From: Eledone cirrhosa
Lineage: Eukaryota
Length of the DNA: 64,000 nucleotides
Reading direction: 5' to 3'
Assembly (NCBI GenBank): GCA_964016885.1
Contig: OZ024743.1
Coordinates: 37,138,001 to 37,202,000 of the forward strand
The position numbers and the translations under genes are program-made. Positions 14,801-25,896 of this stretch are shown in pieces; within the stretch, counting starts at the first letter, position 1; every line of letters begins with the position of its first letter. The notes beneath the pieces are model-generated. The model searched no databases, was not told the origin of the DNA, and worked only from the letters and a program-made list of their open reading frames with translations.

Positions 14801-17800
14801 TCTCATATGATTATATCACATAATATCGAATCTACGGGATTTTGATATTTTTTATTTTGAGACAGTTTGAACAGAAAGAGGTGAGAGAAATCTGGCCGGA
14901 TATAGCCAGTTTAAATGCCAAGGGTTAACACAAAAATACTGATATAAAGCAATAATTGTAATGACCCATGAAGCGTTTTCAATTAAAAAGCAAAATAATA
15001 ATTCCTCATTAAAAACACTGCAATTTACTTTGGTTTTTTAGTTCCAGAAGTGTATAATTTTATTTACTGTGTGTATCTAGTTTAGAATAGGTAAACCTCA
15101 TAACAGGTGAATATAGGGTCAATAAGGAGAGCAGTTGGTTATAAAACATTGCCTCAAGAAGGACTTCATGATGAGTATAGTGAAGTCACATTGCATAGTA
15201 AATTACAATTGGACTCACAATCATATAGTTGTGGGTTCCATTGCTATTCATGATAGGACTGGAACACCTATTAGTAAAACAGAAGCCTTCTATGAGATAT
15301 AACCTCATTGGAGGTGTAAATTTCTTTTCATGATGAATATGAAGTCTTTTATGGTGTTCACAAAGCTAACCCTACTTTAGCAAGGAAAATGATCTTTAAA
15401 TGTTATGTTTATAATTGTATTTTTGTTTACTTTATATTTCAGGATACTCCTTATGTTGAGAGGTTACCTGGTACTTTGGCTGTGGATCGTTGGATCAAAA
15501 TTGCTGGTTCTGTTAAGAAACATGCTGAAAGGTATAAATTTGAAACAGCAAAGAAATGTTTTCTAATAATATTGATTACCTTTGTCTAGGCACAGTCAGT
15601 TCTTTAAAGCCTTTCTTACCATATTTGTAATGAAAACTCTGCCTACGATTTATTATAGATTTAGAAAATAATAAAGAATTATGTAGAGCTGCTACTTATC
15701 CAAATTTAGAGATTACAGCCCCTATACTAGGAACAATTGATTAGAATGTATCAGGAAAGACTTACTGGACAGATTTTACTGTCAAAACTAACTGGCAGGA
15801 GACCTAGGGGTAGAGCTCAAACAAGATAGTTGGATAACAACCATGAGTTTGGCTGGTCTCGCTCGAAGATCCAGCCGAATCAATTGGAAATGGTTGCTTC
15901 TGACAGGACTCTACCCCACGACATTTTCCCAAGTGGTTAAAGAAAAAGAAAAGAAAAGAGTAGAGAAAAGGAAAAGATAAAAAAATTAAAGGGATTTAAT
16001 CATATAACTAAATTTCGCATTAAGCTGGTGTTTGGAACATAACTTGACAAAGGTTCTTACATACAAATATGATGGAAGATTTTTAACTAATTATAAATAC
16101 GTTAAAACAAACAGCTTTGTATTATGGAACCAAGAATTGTTTCAGGTAGTTTAGTGTCAAAAATGTTAAAGGGTAGCAGTTCCCATGTGAAGGGGAAAAC
16201 CCAAATTTTCTTGTGGCATAATGCTGAAAGGTCTCTAAAACAATTTTTATTTTTGAAAAATATTTGATAAAATGCAAAATCTTTATTAATATGTTATACA
16301 ATAATGATAGACAGGGCCTCCAAAAGAAATATTGCAAGGCAGCACATGACCCCTTTGGGGCCTGAATTAGGCAGAGATTTTTCTCAAAATGGATGTTGCA
16401 TGGTTGCTGTGGGGCCTTCTTAGCTCTTTGGCTTGGCACAAAGTACTAGCTGGACCCATCCTCATGATGATAGGCCTAAAAGACTAGACAACAACCAGTG
16501 ATGGAAATAGGTTTTTGATACTAGGTGCATGCTAAGCTCCACAAGACTGAGGTCAACTACCTCTTCGTCCCTCTGATTAATAAAGTAAATTTTAGCCAAG
16601 TACTGGGTTGAAATGAATAACTGATATTGGGGCACCAACACTAGCTTATAATAATTATTTTCTATGATTATTATATCATTGTCTAATATTTACATTATAT
16701 CCTTAATATCCTGCACCATAGGAAATCACATTAGCACAACATTCTTGAAAGATATGAAATAGCATTACAACAGCCTGATATTAAACATTAAAGTCTTTAC
16801 TTTAATACTACAGATTTCCACAATGGTCTGTCACATAGTAAAGGTACCTTAAACATTTAGAAAATATGACTGCATCACATTAACCCATTGGCATTGACAT
16901 TACTCTATATTTATTATTATATTTTCATGGTAAAAGCTTTACCTCACATAATTATCTCACATAATATCAAATCTGAGATTTTGATATTATTTATTTTGAG
17001 AATATTAGGGTGGTGAATTAGCAGTATCGGTAGAGGGTCAGACGCCATACTTTCTAGCATCATTATGTCCCTTTATGATCTGAGTTCAAATCCTGCCGAG
17101 GTTAACTTTGCCTTTCATCCTTACGGGGTCCATAAAATAAAGTACCAGTAATGTACTGGGTAATTGCTGGCCTTGTGCCAAAAAGTAGAAACAATTATTT
17201 ATTTTGAGAATAATACCTTAACGGCAGATTGAGTGGCTGGTTATGTCAAGTTTGAACAGAAAGAGGTGAGAGAATTCTGGCCGGATATGGCCAGTTTAAA
17301 TGCTAAATGGTTAAAACCTGTCTTTACTATAACACTGCAAATTTTCAGAATCGCCTGTGAGCTAGTAAAGATTTTAATTAACAAACTTATTTTTATATAT
17401 TTTCTGCTAAACTACTATAGGATGTTAAGAGTTAATATAATATTGAATATGATATTTGAAGTGAAATTTGGTGTCTTTCAGATTTGCTATAAACTTGAGG
17501 TGTGATGATGATATTCTTCTGCATTTTAATCCACGAATGCCCGATCAACAAGTGGTACGTAACCATTACTGTGATGGTGAATGGGGTGAGGAAGAAACAC
17601 ATTCGGACATATTTCCCTTTGCTGTTTCTGAGCCATTTGAGATCCTCATAGGTTGTCAAGAAGATTATTTTAAGGTAATATACTTTATGTTCAAGAGAGC
17701 TTTATTCTAATTAGTGGATTAGACCATACAACTCCTCTTCTTTGTGAAAGGAGAGAGAAATCACTGCTATGTATGACATTTTGGTTGTCTTTTTTATTTT

Positions 17801-18629
17801 TATTTTTTTTTCAGAGAGAGCAAGTGTAATAAAATAGAATATATTTATAAAATTTAAGATTTTGATATTTGGAGAGTTGTTTAGAGTATAGTTTTTGCTT
17901 TACAACTGCACTCGTAATGATGTTATACCATTTGATCTGTTTTATACAAAACAATGTTGTCCCTGATCGAGACAAAGCAGGAGTGTATTTGAATACATAT
18001 AAAAATGAGAAAACTCATCGCTAGAACAGATGTTAAAACAGCTAAATGCTGTCAAAGACAGCAATGGTGGGAAAAATGCCTCAGAGGTCAGACCAGTGGT
18101 CGACTGAGAGAGAATCCACAAGGTGGGTGATGGGTAAATGAAACACAGAAAAGATTGAAAGAGGAGGTGGACAAGTGCGCTGGTGCACAGCACTGTACTT
18201 TTTGTCCTCTTCTTTTGATCTTTTCTGTGTTTCGTCTGCCTGTCACCCACCCCATGGATTTTCTCTGTCGACCACTGGCCACTGGTCTCTGGCCTCTGAG
18301 GCGCTTTCCCCCATCAGTCTTTGACAACATTTAGCTGTTTTAACACCTGTTCTAGCGATGAGTTTTCTCATTTATATACGTTTATACAGTTTTTAAAATA
18401 TTCTATAATTCTTTCGTTTACATCCAGCCACTCATATGCTGGGGGTAGTTGAAAGAAAGCAAGATACTGAATAAGGGGACATTGTATAGGGAGGAATCCA
18501 TAGAAGGGGGAGTGAGAGACAGCAAGGAAGAGAGAGAGCAAGAATAATAAAATAGATGTGGGAAGTATGATTGAAAGAAAAAGTATAATTAAGTTACAGA
18601 AAGAGAGTTGGTGTGTGTGTGTGTGTGTG

Positions 18630-18663
<34 letters not shown>

Positions 18664-18919
18664 CACACATGCATGAGCATGTAAATATGTATATGCTTTT
18701 TCATTGTAAAGAAATCACTCCACATATTTTAGCATCTTATTTAAATAGAATTTGAAGTTGGTGAAAATTGGCAAAATATTGACCTTGAATATAAACCGAC
18801 CCACATTTTACCATAAATTTTTTTTCTGTCACATATTTCTCGTCTTGTATATATATAGACACATATATATATATATACACGATATATATGTCTACATATA
18901 TATATATATATATATATAC

Positions 18920-18950
<31 letters not shown>

Positions 18951-20767
18951 TGTGTAAAATCCCGACCGCGACACAAGCCAAAACTGCTTGGCACCTTGGT
19001 CAGGATTTTACAGATCTCTACACCCACTCTACATCTCCCCATTTATCGAGTACTCACATGATTAATGATCTCCTTGGTTTCAGAACTGCAGACTCCCTCG
19101 AGAGAGAGAGAGAGAGAGAGGAAGAGGAAGAGGGAGAGAGAGAGAGAGAGATCAATAATATTGATAAATGGAAACTATCTTTATAAAACCATATTTATTT
19201 TATTATATATATTTCAAGGATACTAGTATTTTGGTATGCTCTCATCAGATAAAATACAAAAATTGGTTTACAGACAGTGACATCGTTGAGAGATGAAGAG
19301 ATCTTAAAATATTCCATCATATGTATTTTATCTGATGAAAGCGTACCAAAATACTGGTACCCTTGAACTCATCATCATCATCATCATCAACGTTTAACGT
19401 CCGTGTTCCACGCTTGCATGGGTTTGGACGGGGGTAGTCCCACTTGAGGCAAGAGTGATTGTCTTGCTCGCATAGGACTGTCTGGCAGGTTTTCTACAGT
19501 TGGATGCCCTTCCTAACACCAACCACATTTACAGTGTGGGTCTGGGAGGTTTTTACCGTGTTGCCTACACGGCCACATTACAGCGTGGACTGTGTGTTTT
19601 TTTGTCGTGACACCTACACGATCTCATTTGTTTCGGCCTCGATGGCGCGGCACCAACATAACTTTACATAGAACGGGGTGGTGTGGATCGGGTGGGGGTG
19701 GGGGTGGTGGGACGGGGTGTATTTTGTTAGAGATGCCTACTGGCTGGAGTAGGTTTTACTATATATTTAGGTAAGGCGGGTCTTCTCTGTTACTGAGTAC
19801 CGCCAAAGGTCTCGGTCCAGTGACATTGTCTTGGAGAGGTGTAAGTGTGTGATGTCGGAGTTTATCAGCTCGTCCCAGGTTTTTCTAGGTCTGCCTATTC
19901 CGTGACTACCGTCTATCTTTATTGCCCTGCACTTTGTTATACAGCTATCGACTTTCATGCGCATCACGTGTCCATACCAACGTAGCCTTCTCTCGAGTAA
20001 ACAACATCTGATCCCTCTTATCTCTAATTTATTCCTTAGTTCGTTTATGCTTTGCCGTTCACGTATACTATATATAATAAAATAAATATGGTTTTATAAA
20101 GATAGTTTCCATTTATTAATATTATTGATATTATACTCCAGAAGAATTTTGTTGAGTGCTTCTAATCTGTTATAAATTAACTTTGTTGAATAATCAACAA
20201 ATTAAATAACTCATTGTTTATATATATATTTATATATTGAACTTTTAAAACTTGTTCAACATCATGAGAAGAAAAAAGAATTATCTGAATACAAACGGTT
20301 TTCATTTGATAAAGAGAATGCAGAGGCCAAAGTTTCACCAATATTTGGATACAGAGATTAGTGTTTGACAGTATAAGAGATTCTGGTCTAATTTATTCAT
20401 GTATTATTATCAGGGCGGTGAATTGGCAGTATTGGTAGAGGGTCAGACATGCTTTCCAGCGTAGTTACGGCCCCTTACAACCCGAGTTCAAATCCTGCTG
20501 AGGTTAACTTTGCCTTTCATCCTTACGGGGTCGATAAAATAAAGTACCAGTAATGTACTGGTGAATTGCTGACCTTGTGTCAAAAGTAGAAACAATTATT
20601 ATTTTTAAAAAAAAATGTCTTTGTTAAATTATTTTCTTACTTTCTGTTTCTAGATTTACGTCAATGGAGAATACTTTGCTGAATTTGCTCACCGGTTGCC
20701 ATATGCCCGTGCCAAGACTTTGGAACTTTCTGAAAGTGCTCACTTTTTTGAGCCAGAATTTTATTGA
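8641..20767 (+). CDS. Multi-CRD (>=3 CRD) galectin, spliced, 5'-incomplete; exons 8641-8833, 9652-9771, 11260-11345, 12174-12366, 13211-13330, 15443-15531, 17482-17674, 20654-20767
   Basis: All seven introns are GT..AG with consistent phases (0,0,2,0,0,2,0). The joined frame is open for about 368 aa to TGA at 20765-67. It has three HxNPR / VxN / WGxE galectin signatures. Confidence 0.93.
9652..9771 (+). CDS. Galectin exon, CRD1 C-terminal part (120 nt)
   Basis: atag|IFLDDRYFALFPYRCSVDDMKYLYIHGCVSIATINYLQPL|gtaagt. Confidence 0.9.
9800..10265 (+). mobile_element. Old RTE LINE 3' fragment
   Basis: WLGHVLRK..WVK..GGREKERPIKTW; degenerate. Confidence 0.75.
11260..11345 (+). CDS. Galectin exon, CRD2 N-terminal part (86 nt)
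   Basis: ctacag|PMDFTKEIPSGLQYKDIIKVKGYFPTGD(R)|gtaagg; phase 2 donor. Confidence 0.9.
11634..11851. mobile_element. piggyBac-type MITE inserted into a SINE
   Basis: TTAA-CCCTTTAGCATTTA ... TAAATGCTAAAGGG-TTAA. Confidence 0.88.
12174..12366 (+). CDS. Galectin exon, CRD2 core (193 nt)
   Basis: gtag|FAINLKNYGEIPLHLNPRRDQGEMVLNSYLDEEWGEEEC...KLK|gtaagg. Confidence 0.92.
12448..13150 (-). repeat. Two direct copies (about 12448-12607 and 12925-13150) of a probable LINE 3' end beside (TAA)n
   Basis: GTGCTCAGGTGCACTACAACTC..GAAGCAT occurs twice, each preceded by TAA repeats. Confidence 0.6.
13211..13330 (+). CDS. Galectin exon, CRD2 C-terminal part (120 nt)
   Basis: ttgtag|VYMNECSYTSFYARKCIESISSIEYNGEVYVYSMQLLRRV|gtaaga. 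Confidence 0.88.
14739..14928. mobile_element. piggyBac-type MITE, copy 2
   Basis: TTAA-CCCTTTAACATTTA ... TAAATGCCAAGGG-TTAA; same internal sequence. Confidence 0.85.
15443..15531 (+). CDS. Galectin exon, CRD3 N-terminal part (89 nt)
   Basis: tttcag|DTPYVERLPGTLAVDRWIKIAGSVKKHAE(R)|gtataa. Confidence 0.9.
16880..17314. mobile_element. piggyBac-type MITE, copy 3, with nested SINE (about 17007-17193)
   Basis: TTAA-CCCATTGGCATT ... AATGCTAAATGG-TTAA; SINE flanked by duplicated ATTATTTATTTTGAGAATA. Confidence 0.82.
17482..17674 (+). CDS. Galectin exon, CRD3 core (193 nt)
   Basis: tttcag|FAINLRCDDDILLHFNPRMPDQQVVRNHYCDGEWGEEET...YFK|gtaata. Confidence 0.92.
17990..18385. repeat. About 400-bp imperfect fold-back palindrome in a galectin intron
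   Basis: ATGAGAAAACTCATCGCTAGAACAG... pairs with ...CTGTTCTAGCGATGAGTTTTCTCAT; centre near 18187. Confidence 0.9.
19196..19257 (-). ncRNA. Minimal type I hammerhead ribozyme motif (Penelope-type)
   Basis: Minus strand: UAUUUUAU-CUGAUGA-stem II (GAGCAUACC..AGUAUCCUU)-GAAA-UAUAUA-UA^-AUAAAAUA; perfect 8-bp stem I; palindromic stem III. Confidence 0.75.
19368..20068 (-). mobile_element. RTE LINE 3' fragment, related to 7155-8537
   Basis: RLRWYGHVMRMKVDSCITKCR..GRPRKTWDE; shared 3' UTR; (CAT)n on + is the tail. Confidence 0.9.
20654..20767 (+). CDS. Galectin last coding exon
   Basis: ttctag|IYVNGEYFAEFAHRLPYARAKTLELSESAHFFEPEFY*. Confidence 0.92.
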   Translation: MYVNGEYFAEFAHRLPYARAKTLELSESAHFFEPEFY

Positions 20768-20923
20768 AACTTATGGCATCAGAAAATATTTTAGTTGCAC
20801 AGCTTCACACCAATTGTATAATCAATATTTCTGACTATAAAATATGAAATTGGCAAATATCCTTTCAAAAATTACAGATTAACTGAGATATCTTTAATGT
20901 ATCAATTTATATTCTATTAAAGT

Positions 20924-21065
20924 AAATAAATAAAATAAAAACACAACAAATTATAATTTAAGAAGTAATAAGTTTCATAATTAAGAAGAAAAAGGTGCTA
21001 AATTCAACAAAGATTTTGCAATATTTCTTTTTATAGTTTGCTTTCATGTATGATATATAATAAAA
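20924..21065 (+). promoter_or_regulatory. Candidate galectin polyadenylation signals
   Basis: AATAAA cluster at about 20925-20940 and another AATAAA at about 21059, downstream of the stop. Confidence 0.45.
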
Positions 21066-24000
21066 CTTGTTAACCTTAATTTTTCATTGTAGTTGTCATT
21101 GCTTTAGAAATTCTTAATATGGTCCTAAGGCAACATCCGTGGAAGACATCTAGAATCTCATAGCTTATGCTAGTCTTTCTCCACATTTCGCAAGAATAAG
21201 TCACTATTGGAATGACAATTGATGTATACAATTGATGTTTGGTGCATCGGTTGTTGGGGGAATTGCACTATAAAGGCTTCAGGCCATGAAAGACAACTGA
21301 GCTTTACCAATCTTTTTTTCCACATCAGTTTTCTTTTCTTTTTCTTTTGTTTATTTCAAAAACTTCATAGCTTAATATATCCTCATTCATTCAATCATGT
21401 CACGCTGCAGTTTCTAGGTTGCCCCCTATTGTTTTTTTAGCCTCAGGTTAGTTCTGATCAAGCAGACCTATGATTAAAGTATTCCACCGTCAACTATTCC
21501 ATTTTATGTTTTAGAAGTATCAAAGGGTATATTTTCCATACTGTCTTTCTATTTTAAAAAGATGGTAAGGTGTTTTTTAAAGTAAATTTGGCTGCTATTT
21601 CTAGCATAGTGGGTGTTCATGCAGATCAATGTTCATCAAGGTGGGCAGGAGCAATGGGTGATTTGAGATTTTTAGTAGGTGGTCTGAGAGTACAGATGGA
21701 TGTGGTTCTCTAGCAGAAGTCCTATGGTCAAAGTTGGCACTGCCATTAAGGCCAGCTTGGCAGCCACCAAGGGTGCAGATCTAGGAGAGGTATATTTCTG
21801 AATCTTAGACGATCACGGTTTTCTACAAATTTCTATAATTAAATAAAATATATAATAATTTCCTGTGATCAATAAATAAATTAGTAAACATTTTTGCTGT
21901 GTAACAGCATTGTGGAAATAAGGATTTGTTAGGTAAGTCTGGACATAGTGGTGGAAAATGCAGGCTCAGTAATTTTTTTGGTGAAATCAGAGCAAGAAGT
22001 GTCGAAGACTAAGTTTGTTAACTCACCGAAGTGTATGTTGAAATTATTTTACTTGCGAGAATGGAGCACATAATTTGGAGACCGGTATGGACATTGTATA
22101 GCTAATTTAGGACATTAAATATCCAGTTGCCAGCTCTGCCTTATGCTAAATATGTCAGAGGACCAGCCTCATTAGTAACACCTGGAAATACTATATTTTC
22201 TGGAAAGTCCACTTGCGAAGTAACTTTCAACTGAGTAACTTAGGGTGGAGTAGTAATATTGGCAGAGTGGCAGATTAAATTCTTTACAGTATTTAGTTTG
22301 GAATGGAAGGGATCTCTGTCGGTTGCAATGATGAGTGTTCCAGCTGTTTGAATAACAGAATGGCTTACTTGTGAGATTAACGTGCAAGTGGCTGACCATT
22401 CGATAGACATGTGTATACTTAACACAATTCTCATACAGATTTATTGTGATACAGTGTGTGACTAGGCTGGTCCATCGAATTACTGCTAATCCATCGAGCA
22501 GGATTCCAAACTGTTTGTCTACATAAATTAGTTCGCAAGGCGTGTGTCTGGCCAAGGTTATGATAGATAACACGTGCTTACGATGCCACGCAGTAGTATC
22601 GATCCCAGGACCTTATGATTACAAAACGAACTCCTTAGCCATTCGATCATGCTACGTTCAATATTTAGTTTATAAACCCACTCAACCGCATACAACTAAG
22701 TGCGCCCCCCCCCCCCCCCCACCACACAGTTTACATATCTAAGTTAGATACTGTATATATCATTTTACACGAAAACACAATGTGAAAAACCAGCTTGCGA
22801 CTTATCTACGAGACCTATAAAACCTCAATTCAAAATATATAGTACATTTTAATATTGCATGTAAAATGGAAATGCGATTTATGTACAAATTTATATATAT
22901 ATATAAGATAGCATAAGTACTATGTTATTAATATATGTTGGTGGATTGGCAGTATCGGTAGAGGGTCAGACACCATGCTTTCCAGCATAGTTACGTCCCT
23001 TTACGATCTGAGTTCAAATCCCGCCGAGGTTGACTTTGCCTTTCATCCTTACGGGGTCGATAAAATAAAGTACCAGTAATGCACTGGATAATTGCTGGCC
23101 TTGTGCCTAAAGTAGAAACAGCTATATATCTCAACATACTATTAGTTACGTCCCTTGACGTTTTGAGTTCAAATCCTGCCGAGGTTACCTTTGCCCTTCA
23201 TCCCTACGGGGTCTATAAAATAATGTACCAGTAACATGCTAGGGTCGATTTAATCGACATCCCCCCCCCCTCAAAATAGTTGGTTTTGTATCTAGATCAG
23301 AAACCATTATATATCTCATTTCATAAAAATCCAATATTTTAGTAAAAACAAAACACACCCAAATTTCAAGGGAGGCAACTCTGTATAAGGGGGAACAACT
23401 GAACATTATTTAAACCTTATCAGTTTTCACTTCGTTTACTTCATGTTGGACATCAGTTACAAGGGCGACGTGCTGAAAATAGCTACCAAACTCCTTCAGT
23501 TATTCATATATTGTTAAACAAATACAGAAAGGACATATTTATGTAGTCGTAGATAATTCTAAAGAGGTGGAATGGTTATGTCTGGAATACCTTTGATCTA
23601 TCATTGATGGTGATGGCGACAATAGTGATGATTATGTTGAGGATGGTGAAGATGATAATCATGACGATAATTATGATGATGAAAATGATGATATTTATGG
23701 TATTGACGATGATGATGGTGATAGTAATATCCATGATGGTTATGATCAAGATGGTGATGTCTTGGAAATGTCTGGAAAGCAGTGAAGACTAGGAGAGTCT
23801 TAGCATAAAGGTTCTGTGCGTGTATCTGATATATATCAGATGTGTAGTTCAATTGCCGCAGACGGTTCATCACATTTTCCAGAGTGGCTCGATGCCTTAG
23901 CCCCTGCATGTGTGAACCCCATAAATTTCCTTATGGAGCTATGCTTTTCAACTTCGAAATACATCCACATCCACTGTCTTGTCGACACGCCATCAGAAGG

Positions 24001-24525
24001 AACTTTGATGTGGCGGTTTTCCATCATTACTGGAGCTTGCTAATCTCGACCAAGATGGCGGTAAGCTCACAGTTGATAAATTCTTTTCTTGTTCGAAGCG
24101 GGTAAATCACTAATCTGAGACACCACATACTGAGACCCAACCTTATCACTTCAGCTTCAAACCCTGTCATTACCGCCCGTAACGCGGAAGATATCCAAAC
24201 ACTGGGACTTGATCAGCCGCTCCCTTATCGTGTCAGTCACTGTCAAGACCTTTGTCCCTCTTGTTCTACGGACTTCCGTTTTCTTCTGCAAAATTGGGAG
24301 GAATCCATCCCGCCTGAAGAAGGAGACCTGTAAGGTGGAATGGCTGATGTAACGGTTGTTGCTGGATATTCTCCGCGGTAATGCTTTCACCATATTATCC
24401 GTGGGGTGCAGCTGAGATATACCACTCAGTCAAAGGTGAAGAATTCCTCCACTCCCGCCTTCTCCATTTTACATCATTCAATTTTTTTCTCTTTTTTTTT
24501 TATTCCTGTGTATTATTTTAATCCC

Positions 24526-24557
<32 letters not shown>

Positions 24558-24954
24558 TTGGTGCTCTGAAATAGCGATGTATATATAGTGTATTTGGTAA
24601 TACACTGTATGCTTAATTAAAAGCATTTTGAAGACCTTACGCTATTGTTTTAAAGTAGTGACTATGTCACTTACTTCTTTTTTCAACAAACAAAGGGAGA
24701 TAAGCTGACAGATCTGTTTCATACTGTTGGTATTCCCCAAAGCTTAGCACTCCCCTTGTTTGTTGGCGAAGTTTCGAAGTATGGTGTTGTTTTCACAAAG
24801 AACCTGCATACTGAAGTGGCGGTAAGCAACCAACACATACTCAAATTTATATTTTTATATATATATATATATTAAAATAGATTAAAGTTTAAGCAAAGAA
24901 TCGCTGCTTTCACCCTTAACGGGATCTTCTGAAACTACCCCTCTCTCTCTCTCT

Positions 24955-25270
24955 CTATACTCTTTTACTCTTTTACATGTTCCAGCCATCCGGCTGAGGG
25001 CATGCTGGGGCACATTCTATCTCCAGCCTGTGTTGATTGGCCATTGGTGTAAGAGGGAGTTCGTTGCTGCTGCCCTTAGGTTACCTTCGTATCTGGCTGT
25101 GGGTTCATCCTGGATCCTGGATAGCAGGGTGTTAAGATGTTTCTTGAAAATATCCACGTCCTCACCATACAGATCTCTCAAATTCCTAGGCATTTTGTTG
25201 AAGAGTTGTCGGCCTTTGAACCACAGGCTATTGCAATATCTGATCCTTATTCTAGATGTGGATGATGGGA
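24955..25270 (-). mobile_element. CR1/L2-group LINE 3' end
   Basis: Minus-strand RYCNSLWFKGRQLFNKMPRNLRDL..FKKHLNTLLSRIQDEP..RAAATNSLLHQ; GAGTAAAA repeat tail. Confidence 0.7.
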
Positions 25271-25384
25271 CCTATTTTAAAAACCTCTTTTTTAAAAAAT
25301 GTTTTTCTCTTGTTTTCAGTAATCACTTTGTCGGATTAAAGATTCTTTAAATATACTTCCGTGCTGCTTCCATTTTTACTTTTC

Positions 25385-25419
<35 letters not shown>

Positions 25420-25647
25420 ATCGAATGTAGAAAAGTAACACACGAGTTGATATATATAAAAACAAATAGTAGAAAGGAAAAAGATTTTTTCAGTAGAAAA
25501 TGTTGAAGGGATTCTATCAGTGAAATATCAAAACATTAATTTATTTATAGTAAATAATCAGGAACAATTTCTGCTTGACCGGCAGCCTCTCTGTATAATC
25601 AGTTCCTGATTATTTACTAGAATTCTATAAGAATCAAGCATTCATGA

Positions 25648-25743
25648 TTTTCAGCAAACAGGAGGAGTAGTTAGCTTTGATAAGCATAAAAAAAAAATGC
25701 GAAACAGAGCTCTGTCAGCTTTATCTCCCCTGTTTGCTGAAAA
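25648..25743 (+). ncRNA. Type I hammerhead ribozyme motif with U3-A8 core variant
   Basis: AGCU-UUGAUAA-GCAU(A-loop)AUGC-GAAA-CAGAGCUCUG-UC^-AGCU; outer 15-bp helix UUUUCAGCAAACAGG/CCUGUUUGCUGAAAA. Confidence 0.7.
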
Positions 25744-25847
25744 TTAAAGTAAGTGAGACTGTCACTACTCTAAAACAATAGCATAAGGTCTTCGAAAGGC
25801 TTTTAATTAAGCATACAGTGTATTGCAAAATACACTGTATATACATT

Positions 25848-25896
<49 letters not shown>

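Noticed and set aside
21760-22580. Possible DNA-transposon remnant
   Set aside because: No convincing terminal inverted repeat pair or transposase motif seen.
23601-23909. His-rich or Met-rich protein ORFs
   Set aside because: Degenerate (ATG/CAT)n repeat.
23770-24460. GC-richer block, possibly a decayed DIRS/LTR or other retroelement
   Set aside because: Only vague similarity (RKFMGFTHAG) with many stops; cannot classify without a search.
25548-25620. Hairpin resembling a hammerhead (minus strand CUGAUUA..GAAA)
   Set aside because: G8 is missing and there is no proper stem III or NUH spacing; only the 18-bp stem is certain.
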